A stretch of 64,000 bases of DNA from Planctomycetota bacterium (GTDB lineage: Bacteria; Planctomycetota; UBA1135; UBA2386). How positions within the stretch are numbered: position 1 is the first letter of the stretch; the number at the start of each line of letters is the position of its first letter. Below, in pieces: positions 9,530-19,511 of the stretch. The translations under genes were made by a program, and so were the position numbers. Location: positions 5,696,001 to 5,760,000 of the forward strand of contig JBKAGP010000001.1 of assembly GCA_046290465.1 (NCBI GenBank), in the 5' to 3' direction. The notes beneath the pieces are model-generated. The model made no database searches, was not told where the DNA came from, and worked only from the letters and a program-made list of their open reading frames with translations.

Positions 9530-10051
9530 ATGACCCTCACCCCCGAAGTTGCCTTCGAGCAGAATCGAGAGCGGCTGCTTTCGGTGATCTATCTGCGGAT
9601 GGGGCCCAACCTTCGGGTGCGCATGGATCCCGAGGACGTGCTCCAGGAGGTCGCCATCGAGGCGGTGCACTCCTGGAAGACGCTTTCGGCCGAAGAGAAC
9701 GCGGGCGCGTGGCTGGTGACGCTGGCACGCAGGAAGGTTGCCCGGATCCTGCGGGACCAGCTCGGGGTCGCCGCGCGCGATCCGCGGCGGGAGCACTCGA
9801 TCAAGACCGACCTGCCGCTGGCCGACCGACGGGCCGGCCCGGTGACCAACGCCGACCGCAAGGACCGGCTGGAACTGCTCGAGGCCGCGATGGAGCGGCT
9901 GTCGGACGATCACCGCGAAGTCATCCTGCTGATGAAGATCGAGGGGATGTCGGCGCGCGAGGTCGGCGAGAAGATGGGTCGTAGCGAGAATGCCGTGCAC
10001 CTCCTGCTGAGTCGTGCGCTGAAGCGGCTCGCCGAAGAACTGAAGCTGTGA
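9530..10051 (+). CDS. ECF sigma-70 factor
   Basis: DPEDVLQEV, WLVTLARRK (region 2); LSDDHREVILL...EGMSAREVGEKMGRSENAV (region 4). Confidence 0.92.
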   Translation: MTLTPEVAFEQNRERLLSVIYLRMGPNLRVRMDPEDVLQEVAIEAVHSWKTLSAEENAGAWLVTLARRKVARILRDQLGVAARDPRREHSIKTDLPLADRRAGPVTNADRKDRLELLEAAMERLSDDHREVILLMKIEGMSAREVGEKMGRSENAVHLLLSRALKRLAEELKL

Positions 10052-12663
10052 CCGAGCTGCATCCGGAAGAGGAGCCCAACGACGCGGACGCCGGCGCCGG
10101 TGCGGATCGTCGCATGGCCGACGTGCTGCGCGAATCGAGCAGCCACGCCGAGGTGCGTCGCAAGCTGCAGGCGGAGGAGAGCGACGAGGCCAGCGACATC
10201 CTGTCGCGGTTGAACGCGCTCGACTTCGTGCAGCAGGTCGTCGGCGGCGAGATCGACCTGCCGGACAAGATCGGCGGCTACGAGATCAAGGGCCTGCTCG
10301 GCCGCGGCGGCATGGGCACCGTCTACCTCGGCTGGCAGGAGGAGCTCGAACGGGAGGTCGCGCTGAAGGTGCTGTCGCGGGACTACACCGCGGATCCGAC
10401 CATGCGCAAGCGCTTCCGGGCCGAGGCGCGCGCGACCGCGGCGCTGCACCACCGCCACATCGTGCCGATCTACGACTACGGCGAGTCGCACGGCATGCTG
10501 TTCTTCGCGATGGAGCGGGTCGACGGCATGAGCCTCGACAAGCACATCAGTTCGGCGCGGCGCGTCGACCGGCCGCCGATGGATCCGATCGAGGCCGCGC
10601 GGCGCTTCGCCGGGGTCGCCGACGCGCTCGGCCTGGCGCACCGTCGCCGGTTGCTGCACCGCGACGTCAAGCCCGGCAACATCCTGGTCGCATCCGACGG
10701 CACCATGGCGCTGACCGACTTCGGGCTCGCCAAGGCGCTGGACCACGCGTCGATGCAGCTGACGTCGAAGGACGGCGGCTTCCTCGGCACCCTGCACTAC
10801 GCCTCCCCGGAGCAGGCGCTCGGCAGCGAACTGACGCCCGCCAGCGACCTGTACTCGCTCGGCGTGACGATGTTCGAGGCGCTGTCGGGCCAGTTGCCGC
10901 TGCACGGCAAGACCACCGAGGCGCTGCTGCAGTCGATCCTGCACGGCACCCCGCGACGGCTGCGCGAGTGCGTGCACAAGCCGCCGCGCGACCTCGAGGC
11001 GGTGCTCGACAAGCTGCTCGCGCGCGATGTCGACGACCGCTACCAGGACGGTGAGGCGCTGTCGCGCGACCTGCTGCGCATCGCCGACGGCGAGCCGGTG
11101 CACATCCGGCGGATCCCGCTGCACGTGCGGCTGTGGCGGCGCGCGCGCAAGAACCCGGTGCTGGCCGGCGCGCTGGTCGCGGTCTGCGTGTTCGTGCTGG
11201 CGACGCTGGTACTGCTCGGCGTGCTGAGCCGCGAGAAGGGCAAGGGGCGAGAGTCGCGCCACCAGAACCACCTGGTCGCGATCGCGCGCGACGTCGGCCG
11301 CGAGCTCGGCGCGCCGTGGGGGCCGCGGCCGATGTTCACGACGCTGACCGGCGTGCCGGTGCCCGGCACCGCCGCCAGCCCCAACATCCTGACCGCGCTG
11401 GCGTCGGCGCACGACGAGATGCCGGACGACGAGCGCGTGCTGGCGATGGAGGCCGCCTACGTCGAGGACCCGAGCCCGCGCGCCAGCCTGTTCCTCGAGG
11501 CCGGCCGCGGCTTCGAGGCGATGCAGCTCTACGATCGCCACATCGGCGAGGCCGTGGCGCGGCGCACCGGCGGCAACCTGGCCGTCGAGCTGCAGCTCTA
11601 CAACCTCTACCTCGGCCGCGGCGTCGCCCGCCTGACCGCGTCGGTCGCGCGCCCCAACGACGCGCGGACCGACCTGGCGCTGGCTTCGTACCTGCGGCCC
11701 GGCGCGGTGTTCCCGCTGGCGCTGCTCGACATGCTCGACGTCGTGCAGAGCGCGAACGTCGGCGCCGCCACCGCGCAGCTGCGCAAGAAGCTGCAGAGCG
11801 CCGCGCCCGAACGGGTGCGCACGGTCGCGCTGCTGCTGTGGGCCGCGGCCGGCTACAAGCCGCACGCCGCCAGCAACCTGATGGACTTCGAGCTCGACTA
11901 CGGCCGCCGCCGCGCCGTGCACGAGCTCGCCGCCGGGCTGCTCGACGAGCCGCCGATGCCGTGCGTTCGCGTCGGCACGCCGACCGGGCTGGCGCGCGCG
12001 CTGGCCGACGAGTGCATGCGCGCGCTCGCCAACCGCGCCGATCCGGCCAAGCTACGGGCGATCGCCGAACAGCTCGCCGGTTCGATCTCCGGCACCGTGC
12101 ATCCGTCGGCGTCGCTGCACGGCTGGCGCCACCTGCTGCAGCTGCTGTCGCGGCCGCGGCAGCGCGGGCCGTTGCTCGACCCACAGCAGCAGCCGCTGCT
12201 GCCGGACGTGCAGCTGGCGACCTGGCGCTGCCTGCTGGCGCTGCAGCCCAAGGAGGCGCTGGTCAAGCTGTGGCTCGGCCGCTTCGAGGAGTTCCGTCGC
12301 GAACACTCCGGCATGCCGGGGCTGGTCGAGGTCGCGGCGCGCATGCACCTGATGGCCAATTCGCCGGAGGCGCGCGCGTGGGCCGATCGCTGGATCGCGC
12401 TGGCCGGGGGCGACCCGGACGCGCGCCTGTGCCGGATGCAGGTGCTGCTGCTGGCCGACGACCTGCCGGCGGCGCAGGACGATGCGATCGCGGCCGTGCA
12501 GGGCGCGATCGAGCCGGAGCAGGCGATGCGCGACGTGATCGCGACGCTCAACCGCTACGCGCAGCAGGCGGCGCCGGGCGTCGCCGAGGGCATCCAGCTG
12601 ATGGCGCAGAGCTTCCGTTCGCTGCTCGACGCGGGCGTGCCGCACTTCGGGGGCGGGCGATGA
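10048..12663 (+). CDS. Membrane-anchored Ser/Thr protein kinase with helical extracytoplasmic domain
   Basis: LGRGGMGTVY, VALK, HRDVKPGN, DFGLAK, GTLHYASPEQ, SDLYSLG; TM after RARKNP; GTGA overlap with the sigma gene. Confidence 0.95.
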   Translation: MTELHPEEEPNDADAGAGADRRMADVLRESSSHAEVRRKLQAEESDEASDILSRLNALDFVQQVVGGEIDLPDKIGGYEIKGLLGRGGMGTVYLGWQEELEREVALKVLSRDYTADPTMRKRFRAEARATAALHHRHIVPIYDYGESHGMLFFAMERVDGMSLDKHISSARRVDRPPMDPIEAARRFAGVADALGLAHRRRLLHRDVKPGNILVASDGTMALTDFGLAKALDHASMQLTSKDGGFLGTLHYASPEQALGSELTPASDLYSLGVTMFEALSGQLPLHGKTTEALLQSILHGTPRRLRECVHKPPRDLEAVLDKLLARDVDDRYQDGEALSRDLLRIADGEPVHIRRIPLHVRLWRRARKNPVLAGALVAVCVFVLATLVLLGVLSREKGKGRESRHQNHLVAIARDVGRELGAPWGPRPMFTTLTGVPVPGTAASPNILTALASAHDEMPDDERVLAMEAAYVEDPSPRASLFLEAGRGFEAMQLYDRHIGEAVARRTGGNLAVELQLYNLYLGRGVARLTASVARPNDARTDLALASYLRPGAVFPLALLDMLDVVQSANVGAATAQLRKKLQSAAPERVRTVALLLWAAAGYKPHAASNLMDFELDYGRRRAVHELAAGLLDEPPMPCVRVGTPTGLARALADECMRALANRADPAKLRAIAEQLAGSISGTVHPSASLHGWRHLLQLLSRPRQRGPLLDPQQQPLLPDVQLATWRCLLALQPKEALVKLWLGRFEEFRREHSGMPGLVEVAARMHLMANSPEARAWADRWIALAGGDPDARLCRMQVLLLADDLPAAQDDAIAAVQGAIEPEQAMRDVIATLNRYAQQAAPGVAEGIQLMAQSFRSLLDAGVPHFGGGR

Positions 12664-15539
12664 GCCGGCGGCCGCCACCGCAGTACCGCGCGTCGGCGTG
12701 GCTGGTCGGGTTCGTCGTGCTGCTCGCGCTCGGCATCGCGGTCACCTGGATGATCGTCGAGGGGCAGCAGCGCGGCGGCGGCGACGCGGCGGCCTTGCCG
12801 CGGCCGGCGGCGCAGCAGGCCGGCACGGTCGAGCCGGTGCCAGAACTGTTGAGCGTGCTGCGCGATGCCGAGGCGGCCGAGAAGGCGGTCGTGCGCGGCG
12901 TCGTGCGATTGCCGGACGGCCGGGTCGCGCCGGGTGCGACGGTCACGCTGCACCGGGTCGTGACCGCGTGGCCCGAATGGCGCATGCAGCCGGTCGACGA
13001 GGCGATCACCGACGAGGACGGCCGCTTCCAGTTCCGCGTGTCGCACCTGCACGGCCACCTGGTCGAGTTCGCCGGCGAGCCGTTCGCCGGCGGGCTGCGC
13101 GAGGTCGCGCCGTTCGAACTCGACATGGACCTGCGCCTGCGGCCCGGCTACTCGATCGTCGGCAACGTGCTCAACGACGTCGGTGCGCCGGTGCCGAACG
13201 CGCGCGTGTCGATCGAGGCGGTGCCGCGCGACAACCGTCGGGCGCGGGTCGCCTACACGGCCGCGGACGGCTCCTACCGGTTCGACCAGGTCGCCGCCGG
13301 GCCGGCGCGCATGGTCGCGCACCACGAGTCGTGGCAGCCGGTCGCCGCGTCGGCGATCGTGATCGGCGACCGCCGCGACGCCGAGTTCCGCTTCGAGCGG
13401 CCGACGATGACGCCGCTGCGCGGGGTGGTGCTGAGCGCCAACACGCAGGAGCCGATCGCGGGCGCGACCATCGAGCTGGTGCCGATCGACCAGAGCCTCG
13501 GCCTGGTCGACCCGATCGCGACGACCAGCGGCGCGGACGGCACGTTCCTGCTCGAAGGCCTGCCGCGCGGCAGCATGCGCATGTGGGTGCGCCACGACGA
13601 CTACGGCGCCGTCAAGCGCACGCAGGCGATCGGCGCGGTCGCGTCCGAGGTCACCATCGACCTGCCGGACCGCACCCGGGTCAAGGGACAGCTGGTCGCT
13701 CGCGGCGACGGCACGTTCCACGGTGGCGAGGTGCTCGAACTGCTCGACGGCGGCGGCGAACTGGCGCACGCACGCGTCGGCGAGGACGGCAGCTTCGCGT
13801 TCGACAAGGCGGTGTCGCCCGGCTTCGTCGACATCCGCGCGCTCGGCGGCGCGTTCTCGTTCCGCACCCTGACCGGATCGATGGTCAGCCTGCGGCTCGA
13901 CGAGATCGCCGAGAACGAGGTCGAGGTCGACGTGCTGCCGGCGCCGGTCGCGCGCGGCCGGTTCGTCGACGAGGACGGCCAGCCGATCGCCGGCGTCGAG
14001 GCGTCGCGCACGCAGCAACTCGGCGAGAACATGCGGCACCTCAGCGACGCCGCGATGGCGCTCGACCTCGGCAAGGTCGGCGGCCGCATCCTGCGGTTGA
14101 CCGACCGCGACGAGCTGCTGGCGGTGTCGGGCGAGGACGGCACGTTCGAGGTGCGCGGCTTCAAGCCGGGCCGGCTGCTGCTGCGGGCGTCGCGATCGGG
14201 TCGCGGCAGCCAGTGGCTGCGCCTGCAGATGCCGCTCTACGGCAGCGTGCGCGATCTCGGCGACATCACCTTGCGCCGCGGCTGCCGGATCTCGGGGCGG
14301 GTGACGCGCGGCGGCCGGCCGTTCGTCGGCGCGACCGTGACGGTGGTCTCGCCGCAGTGCGACGCGCAGGCGACGACCGATGCGCGCGGCTACTACACGA
14401 TCGACGACCTGGTGCCCGGCCAGTACACGGTGCGCGCCCGCATCACCGGCCGGATCGTGCGCAGCGACGCGCGCGTCGTCGTGGTGCAGCCGGAGCGGCC
14501 GGCGCGCAACGTCGACATCGCGCTGCAGTCCGGCCGCCTGGTGCGCGGCTTCGTGCGCAACGAGCAGGGCGAGCCGCTCGCCAACGCGCTGGTCAGCGTG
14601 CGCGGCCGTCCCGGCGAAGTGTCGCGCTCGCGCGCCAACGGCGCGTTCTCGGTCGAGCTGCCGCGGCGCAGCTCGGAGCTGATCGTCTCGGTCGGCGACC
14701 GCAGCCTCGAGAAGGTCGTGCCGGTGGCGCGCGACCAGGAGGAGGTCGAGGTGCGGCTGGATGCGCCGCCGACCTGCACCATCGCCGGCGTCGTCATCGG
14801 CGTGCCCGGCCGTCGACGGCTGGCCGGCGTGCTGCTGCGGACCACGCAGCTTGGCGGGCGGGACAGCGCCGACACGCGCTCGCGCTGGGTGCCGACGCCC
14901 GACGGCGAACTGCTGCGCTCCCAGGTGCCGAGCGGCCGCGTGCGCCTCGAGTTCTGGTGCGACGGCTACGCGCCGTTCGTGCAGGTCCGCCAGCTGCTGC
15001 CCAACGAGACCAACCAGCTCGGCGAGATCGTGCTCGAGCGCGGTTCGAGCCTGCGCGGCGTGGTGCTCGACGAGGACGGCGAACCGGTGCGCGGTGCCAT
15101 GGTGCTGCTCGGCGAGGAGACGGACATCGACCTGTTCGCGCCGAGCGTGCGCAGCGCCGACGACGGCACCTTCACGATCCACGGCGTCACCAGCCGTTCG
15201 CGGCAGCTCGTCGTGCGCCACCCGGCGTTCGCCGCGCGCACGCAGCGCCTGCAGCTGCCGCAAGACGTGCTGTCGCTGGAGCCGCTGCCGGTGACGCTCG
15301 AACGCGGCGGCACGATCGAGGTCGTGGTGCCGCGCGACGAGCTGCCGGACAACGGTCTGGTGTTCCTGCGCCGTGACGGCCGCCTGCTGACCAGCACCGT
15401 GCTCGACGAGCGCGGCTACGCCTACTTCCCCAACCGCAGCGCCGGCGTCTACTCGGTCAAGCTCGCGGGCAGCGGCTTCGACGAGCGCCGGGTCGTCGTC
15501 GAGCCCGGCGTCGAGGTCGCGCGGCTGACGTTCGAATAG
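12660..15539 (+). CDS. Membrane-anchored protein with multiple carboxypeptidase-regulatory-like (beta-sandwich) repeats
   Basis: ATGA overlap; N-terminal TM; about 7 GxVxDxxGxPVxGAxV...TDxDGxF repeats. Confidence 0.85.
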   Translation: MSRRPPPQYRASAWLVGFVVLLALGIAVTWMIVEGQQRGGGDAAALPRPAAQQAGTVEPVPELLSVLRDAEAAEKAVVRGVVRLPDGRVAPGATVTLHRVVTAWPEWRMQPVDEAITDEDGRFQFRVSHLHGHLVEFAGEPFAGGLREVAPFELDMDLRLRPGYSIVGNVLNDVGAPVPNARVSIEAVPRDNRRARVAYTAADGSYRFDQVAAGPARMVAHHESWQPVAASAIVIGDRRDAEFRFERPTMTPLRGVVLSANTQEPIAGATIELVPIDQSLGLVDPIATTSGADGTFLLEGLPRGSMRMWVRHDDYGAVKRTQAIGAVASEVTIDLPDRTRVKGQLVARGDGTFHGGEVLELLDGGGELAHARVGEDGSFAFDKAVSPGFVDIRALGGAFSFRTLTGSMVSLRLDEIAENEVEVDVLPAPVARGRFVDEDGQPIAGVEASRTQQLGENMRHLSDAAMALDLGKVGGRILRLTDRDELLAVSGEDGTFEVRGFKPGRLLLRASRSGRGSQWLRLQMPLYGSVRDLGDITLRRGCRISGRVTRGGRPFVGATVTVVSPQCDAQATTDARGYYTIDDLVPGQYTVRARITGRIVRSDARVVVVQPERPARNVDIALQSGRLVRGFVRNEQGEPLANALVSVRGRPGEVSRSRANGAFSVELPRRSSELIVSVGDRSLEKVVPVARDQEEVEVRLDAPPTCTIAGVVIGVPGRRRLAGVLLRTTQLGGRDSADTRSRWVPTPDGELLRSQVPSGRVRLEFWCDGYAPFVQVRQLLPNETNQLGEIVLERGSSLRGVVLDEDGEPVRGAMVLLGEETDIDLFAPSVRSADDGTFTIHGVTSRSRQLVVRHPAFAARTQRLQLPQDVLSLEPLPVTLERGGTIEVVVPRDELPDNGLVFLRRDGRLLTSTVLDERGYAYFPNRSAGVYSVKLAGSGFDERRVVVEPGVEVARLTFE

Positions 15540-15597
15540 GTCCCAAAGCGGTCGCGCACGTTGCGCGCGGCATGCCGAATCGGGAAGCTGCTCGACC

Positions 15598-18021
15598 ATG
15601 CGCGTTCTCCTCTGTCTCGTCGCGCTGGCGCTGGCCTCGTGCGCGGACCCCACGTCCAAGCCGGGCACGCCAGGGGCGACGACCGACGACGGCCCGGGCA
15701 AGCCCGAGGTGTCACCGGTCGCGGCCGAACTGCTCTCGATCCAAGAGGCGCGCTGCGCCTCGTGCCACGCGCTCGGCGGCGACGCCGACGAAGCGCTGCG
15801 GCCGGCACCGCCGCCGTCGCTCGAGACGCTGGCGCTGCGGGTCGACCGCGGCCGCAGCACGCCCGCGTTGGCCGGACACTTCGCCGGCGAGGCAGCCGAC
15901 GACGTGCTGGCGTGGCTGGCGACGCTGCACCGGGCCGAGCCGCGCACGTTCGCGGTGATCCCCGGCGGCGCCATCGAGCGCGGTGGCCAGCTGGTGCGCG
16001 AGCTCGGCTGTGCCGCGTGCCACACGGCGAGCGAGCTCGACCTGTCGGCGCACACCGACCACGCGCAGCTGGTCGACGCGCTGCAGCATCCGGGGCGCCG
16101 CCATCCGGGCGTCGCGCACGTCGCGCTGACCTCGGGTGAGGCGTCGGCGGTCGCGGCCTGGCTGCTGCGCGGCCAGCTGCAGGAAGGCGCGCGCGGCCAG
16201 GGCTTTGCCTGGCGCTGCTTCGAGACCGAACGGGGACTCGGGCAGTGGCCGGACCTCGAGGGCCGCACGCCGCAGGCCAAGGGCGTCAGCGACCGCATCA
16301 CCAAGGAGGTGCGCACGCGCCGCAGCAACTACCTGCTCGAGTTCACGGCGACCATCGAGGTGCCGCGTGACGGCGAGTGGACGTTCTCGATCACCAGCGA
16401 CGACGGCGGCTGGCTCTGGGTCGACGGCGAGCAGCTCGCCGCCAACCCGGGCATGCACCCGGCGCAGCGCAGCGAAGGCCGGCTGCGCCTGAGCAAGGGG
16501 CCGCACGAGCTGCGCGTCGGCTTCACGCAGGGCGGCGGCGGCGACGTGCTCGAGGTGTCGTGGCAGGGGCCGGGGGTGCCGGAACAGGCGATCCCGACCG
16601 AGGCGGCGAGCACCGCGGTGCTGCGGCTGGTGCCGCCGGCGAGCGTCGCGACCGCGCCGGCTGCCGAGGCCGTCGCGCGCGGCCGCAGCGCGGCCCGCGC
16701 GGCGCGCTGCGATGCCTGCCACCAGGTGTCCGAGCCGGCGTTCGCCGAGCTGCCGGCGCCGGCCGTGGCCGCGCCGTGGAACGGGCTGACCGGCACCTGC
16801 GCGTTGGGCGACGTGCCGCAGCTCGCGGCCGGCACGCAAGTGCCCCGACAGGTCGACGCCGCGACCCGGCTGCACGCGGCGCTGGTCCGGGACGGCTGCC
16901 TGTCGTGCCACGTGCGCGACGGCCGCGGCGGCCTTTCGCAGGAGGTCAAGGAGCAGCTGGTCGAGCTCGAGGACATCGGCGAGGAGGGCACGGTGCCGCC
17001 CGACCTGACGCTGGTCGGTCGGCGCCTGCGCCCCGAATGGCTCGAACGGGTGGTGCGCGACGGCCACAAGGCGCGGCCGTACGTGCGCATGCGGATGCCG
17101 GCGTTCGGCGCCGACAAGGCGGCGCGCTACGCGCGCTGGTTCGGTGAGGTCGACGCGCCGGGCGTCGTCGACGACGAGCCGCCGTTCTCCGAGGAGGCCG
17201 CCGAGCGCGGCCGTTCGCTGGCCGGCACCGGCGGCCGCAACTGCATCTCGTGCCACCGGATGGCCGGCCGCGACTCGCTCGGCCCGCAGGGCATGGACCT
17301 GACGCTGCAGCACCAGCGGCTGCGGCCGGGCTGGTTCCGCGACTGGCTGCTGCACCCGACCACGCTGCGCCCCAACACGCGCATGCCGACGCTGTGGGTG
17401 CGCGGCGACGCGCAGGACGTCGCCGACGTCGATGCGATCCGCACCTGGCTGTCGCTGGGCGATGCTGCGCCGCTGCCGCCCGGCATCGTCGTCGACCGCG
17501 CCTCGATGCAGCTCGATCCGGTCGACCGGCCGATCCTGCACGGCGCGTTCTTGAAGGACGTGTCGGCGCGCACGCTGATGGTCGGCACGCCGCAGCGCAC
17601 GCACTTCGCGTTCGACCTGGTCGAGCCGCGGCTGGTGTGGCTGTGGCGCGGTGCGTTCGTCGACGCGAGCGGCACCTGGGTCGGCCGCGCCGGCAAGCTG
17701 GTCGAGCCGCTCGGCAGCGACTGGCAGGTGGTCGACGACTTCACCGTCGACGGCGACCGCCGCATCGTCGGCCAGCGGCGCACCGCCGACGGCTACCCGG
17801 TGCTGCGGGTCGCGGCCGGCGAGGCGCGCTACGAGGACGAGGCGCGCCCGCGCCTCGCCGCGGGTGGCAGCCAGCTGGTGCGCACGCTGCGCTGCACCGA
17901 GGGCACGCTGGTCGTGCAGTTTCCGAAGTCCGAGTCGTATCGCTGTACCGTCGCCGGCGAGCCCGCCGGGCGCCACGAACTGGCCGCGGGCCAGCAGCTG
18001 GAGGTCGTCTACCAATGGTGA
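15598..18021 (+). CDS. Multiheme cytochrome c lipoprotein with PA14 domain
   Basis: Lipobox LASC; five CxxCH (CASCH, CAACH, CDACH, CLSCH, CISCH); PA14 motif FSITSDDGGWLWVDG...QGGGG. Confidence 0.88.
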   Translation: MRVLLCLVALALASCADPTSKPGTPGATTDDGPGKPEVSPVAAELLSIQEARCASCHALGGDADEALRPAPPPSLETLALRVDRGRSTPALAGHFAGEAADDVLAWLATLHRAEPRTFAVIPGGAIERGGQLVRELGCAACHTASELDLSAHTDHAQLVDALQHPGRRHPGVAHVALTSGEASAVAAWLLRGQLQEGARGQGFAWRCFETERGLGQWPDLEGRTPQAKGVSDRITKEVRTRRSNYLLEFTATIEVPRDGEWTFSITSDDGGWLWVDGEQLAANPGMHPAQRSEGRLRLSKGPHELRVGFTQGGGGDVLEVSWQGPGVPEQAIPTEAASTAVLRLVPPASVATAPAAEAVARGRSAARAARCDACHQVSEPAFAELPAPAVAAPWNGLTGTCALGDVPQLAAGTQVPRQVDAATRLHAALVRDGCLSCHVRDGRGGLSQEVKEQLVELEDIGEEGTVPPDLTLVGRRLRPEWLERVVRDGHKARPYVRMRMPAFGADKAARYARWFGEVDAPGVVDDEPPFSEEAAERGRSLAGTGGRNCISCHRMAGRDSLGPQGMDLTLQHQRLRPGWFRDWLLHPTTLRPNTRMPTLWVRGDAQDVADVDAIRTWLSLGDAAPLPPGIVVDRASMQLDPVDRPILHGAFLKDVSARTLMVGTPQRTHFAFDLVEPRLVWLWRGAFVDASGTWVGRAGKLVEPLGSDWQVVDDFTVDGDRRIVGQRRTADGYPVLRVAAGEARYEDEARPRLAAGGSQLVRTLRCTEGTLVVQFPKSESYRCTVAGEPAGRHELAAGQQLEVVYQW

Positions 18022-19484
18022 GTCCGCTCGCGCTGATCGCGCTGTTCCTGCCGCAGGAGCCGGCGTCCGAAGGTCCGGTCCAGAAGCCGCCGAAGCCGGA
18101 CGAGGCGATGTACGTCGAGATCGTCGACGTGCCGCTGCCCGCCGACTGCGTGCTCGAGGTTGGCGGCCTGGTGCTGCAGGGCGACACGATGTTCGCGGCG
18201 ACGCGCCGCGGCGAGGTGTGGCGCATCGAAGGCGTCAGCACCGCGCAGCCGAAGGCGACGCTGTGGGCCGAGGGCCTGATGGAGCCGCTCGGGCTGCTCG
18301 AACGCGACGGCTGGCTCTACTGCGCGCAGCGCGCCGAACTGTCGCGCATGCGCGACGCCGACGGCGACGGCCGCATGGACGAGCTTGAGACGGTCGCCGA
18401 CGGCTGGCCGATCTCGGGCAACTACCACGAGTACTGCTTCGGTCCGACGATCGCCGGCGACGGTTCGTTCTGGCTGACGTTGAACAAGCCGTTCGGCGGC
18501 GAGCCGTTCGGCAAGGCGCCGTGGCGCGGCTGGGCGATCCGGATCCCGGCCGCAGGCGGCTCGTTCGAGCCGGTCTGCGCCGGGCTGCGTTCGCCGGCCG
18601 GCGTCGGCACCGCGCCGGACGGAGTCGTCTGGTACACCGACAACCAGGGCGAATGGTGCGCCAACAGCAAGTTCACGCCGCTGCAGCCGGGTGAGTTCCA
18701 CGGCCACCCGCACGGTATCGAGTCGTGCAAGCGAAAGGAGTCGAAGGTCGAGCATCCCGGCGAGGTGCCGAGCGGCCTGCGCATGGCCGAGGCCGCCGCC
18801 ACGATCCCGAACTTCACGCTGCCGGCGGTCTGGATCCCGTACGACAAGTGCGGACGTTCGCCGGGCGGGTTCGTCTGGGACACGGCTGGCAACTTCCCGC
18901 CGTTCCAGGGCCAGGTGTTCTGCGGCGACCAGTACTCGTCGGAGGTGTTCCGGATGTCGCTCGAGAAGGTCGGCGGCCGCTTCCAGGGTGCCTGCTACCC
19001 GTTCCGTCGCGGCCTCAAGAGCGGCATCACGCGGGTCGTATGGGGCCAGCAGGGCACGCTCTGGTGCGGTTTGACCAACCGCGGCTGGGGGTCGCTCGGC
19101 GGCAGCACCGAAGGGCTGCAGCGGCTGGTCTGGAAGGGCGTGATTCCGTTCGAGCTGAAGGAGATCACCGCGCGGAAGGACGGCTTCCGGGTCACGTTCA
19201 CGCAGCCGATCTTCGCTGGCTCGGCGCTGCCGCCGAGCTTCTCGATCGAGAGCTGGACCTACGACCACCACAAGGCCTACGGCTGCCCGCCGCGCGACAC
19301 GCGCCCGCATGCGGTGCGCGCCTGCGCCGTCAGCGCCGACGGCATGTCGGTCGACCTCGTCGTCGACGACCTCGAGCTGTGCCGGGTCTACGCGATCGAC
19401 TGCGCGGGCGTGCTGGCCGCGGCCGGCAAGGAGCGCACGCTGCACGGCGTCGGCTACTACACGCGCAACCGCGCGCCGGAGTAG
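18015..19484 (+). CDS. Secreted beta-propeller protein (sugar/sorbosone dehydrogenase-like, PVC type)
   Basis: LEVGG, DADGDGRMD, GNYHEYCFGP, GLRSPAG, TDNQGEW; overlaps the cytochrome gene end. Confidence 0.8.
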   Translation: MVSPLALIALFLPQEPASEGPVQKPPKPDEAMYVEIVDVPLPADCVLEVGGLVLQGDTMFAATRRGEVWRIEGVSTAQPKATLWAEGLMEPLGLLERDGWLYCAQRAELSRMRDADGDGRMDELETVADGWPISGNYHEYCFGPTIAGDGSFWLTLNKPFGGEPFGKAPWRGWAIRIPAAGGSFEPVCAGLRSPAGVGTAPDGVVWYTDNQGEWCANSKFTPLQPGEFHGHPHGIESCKRKESKVEHPGEVPSGLRMAEAAATIPNFTLPAVWIPYDKCGRSPGGFVWDTAGNFPPFQGQVFCGDQYSSEVFRMSLEKVGGRFQGACYPFRRGLKSGITRVVWGQQGTLWCGLTNRGWGSLGGSTEGLQRLVWKGVIPFELKEITARKDGFRVTFTQPIFAGSALPPSFSIESWTYDHHKAYGCPPRDTRPHAVRACAVSADGMSVDLVVDDLELCRVYAIDCAGVLAAAGKERTLHGVGYYTRNRAPE

Positions 19485-19511
19485 CGGCCCGACCCGTCTC
19501 GAACGGGCGTC

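Noticed and set aside
11133..12659. N-terminal extensions of ORF-track entries 11133..15539, 25212..29912, 945..3122 and 17250..19484
   Set aside because: The extensions are Arg/Ala/Gly-rich off-frame translations overlapping real upstream genes; true starts were placed at signal peptides or stop/start overlaps.
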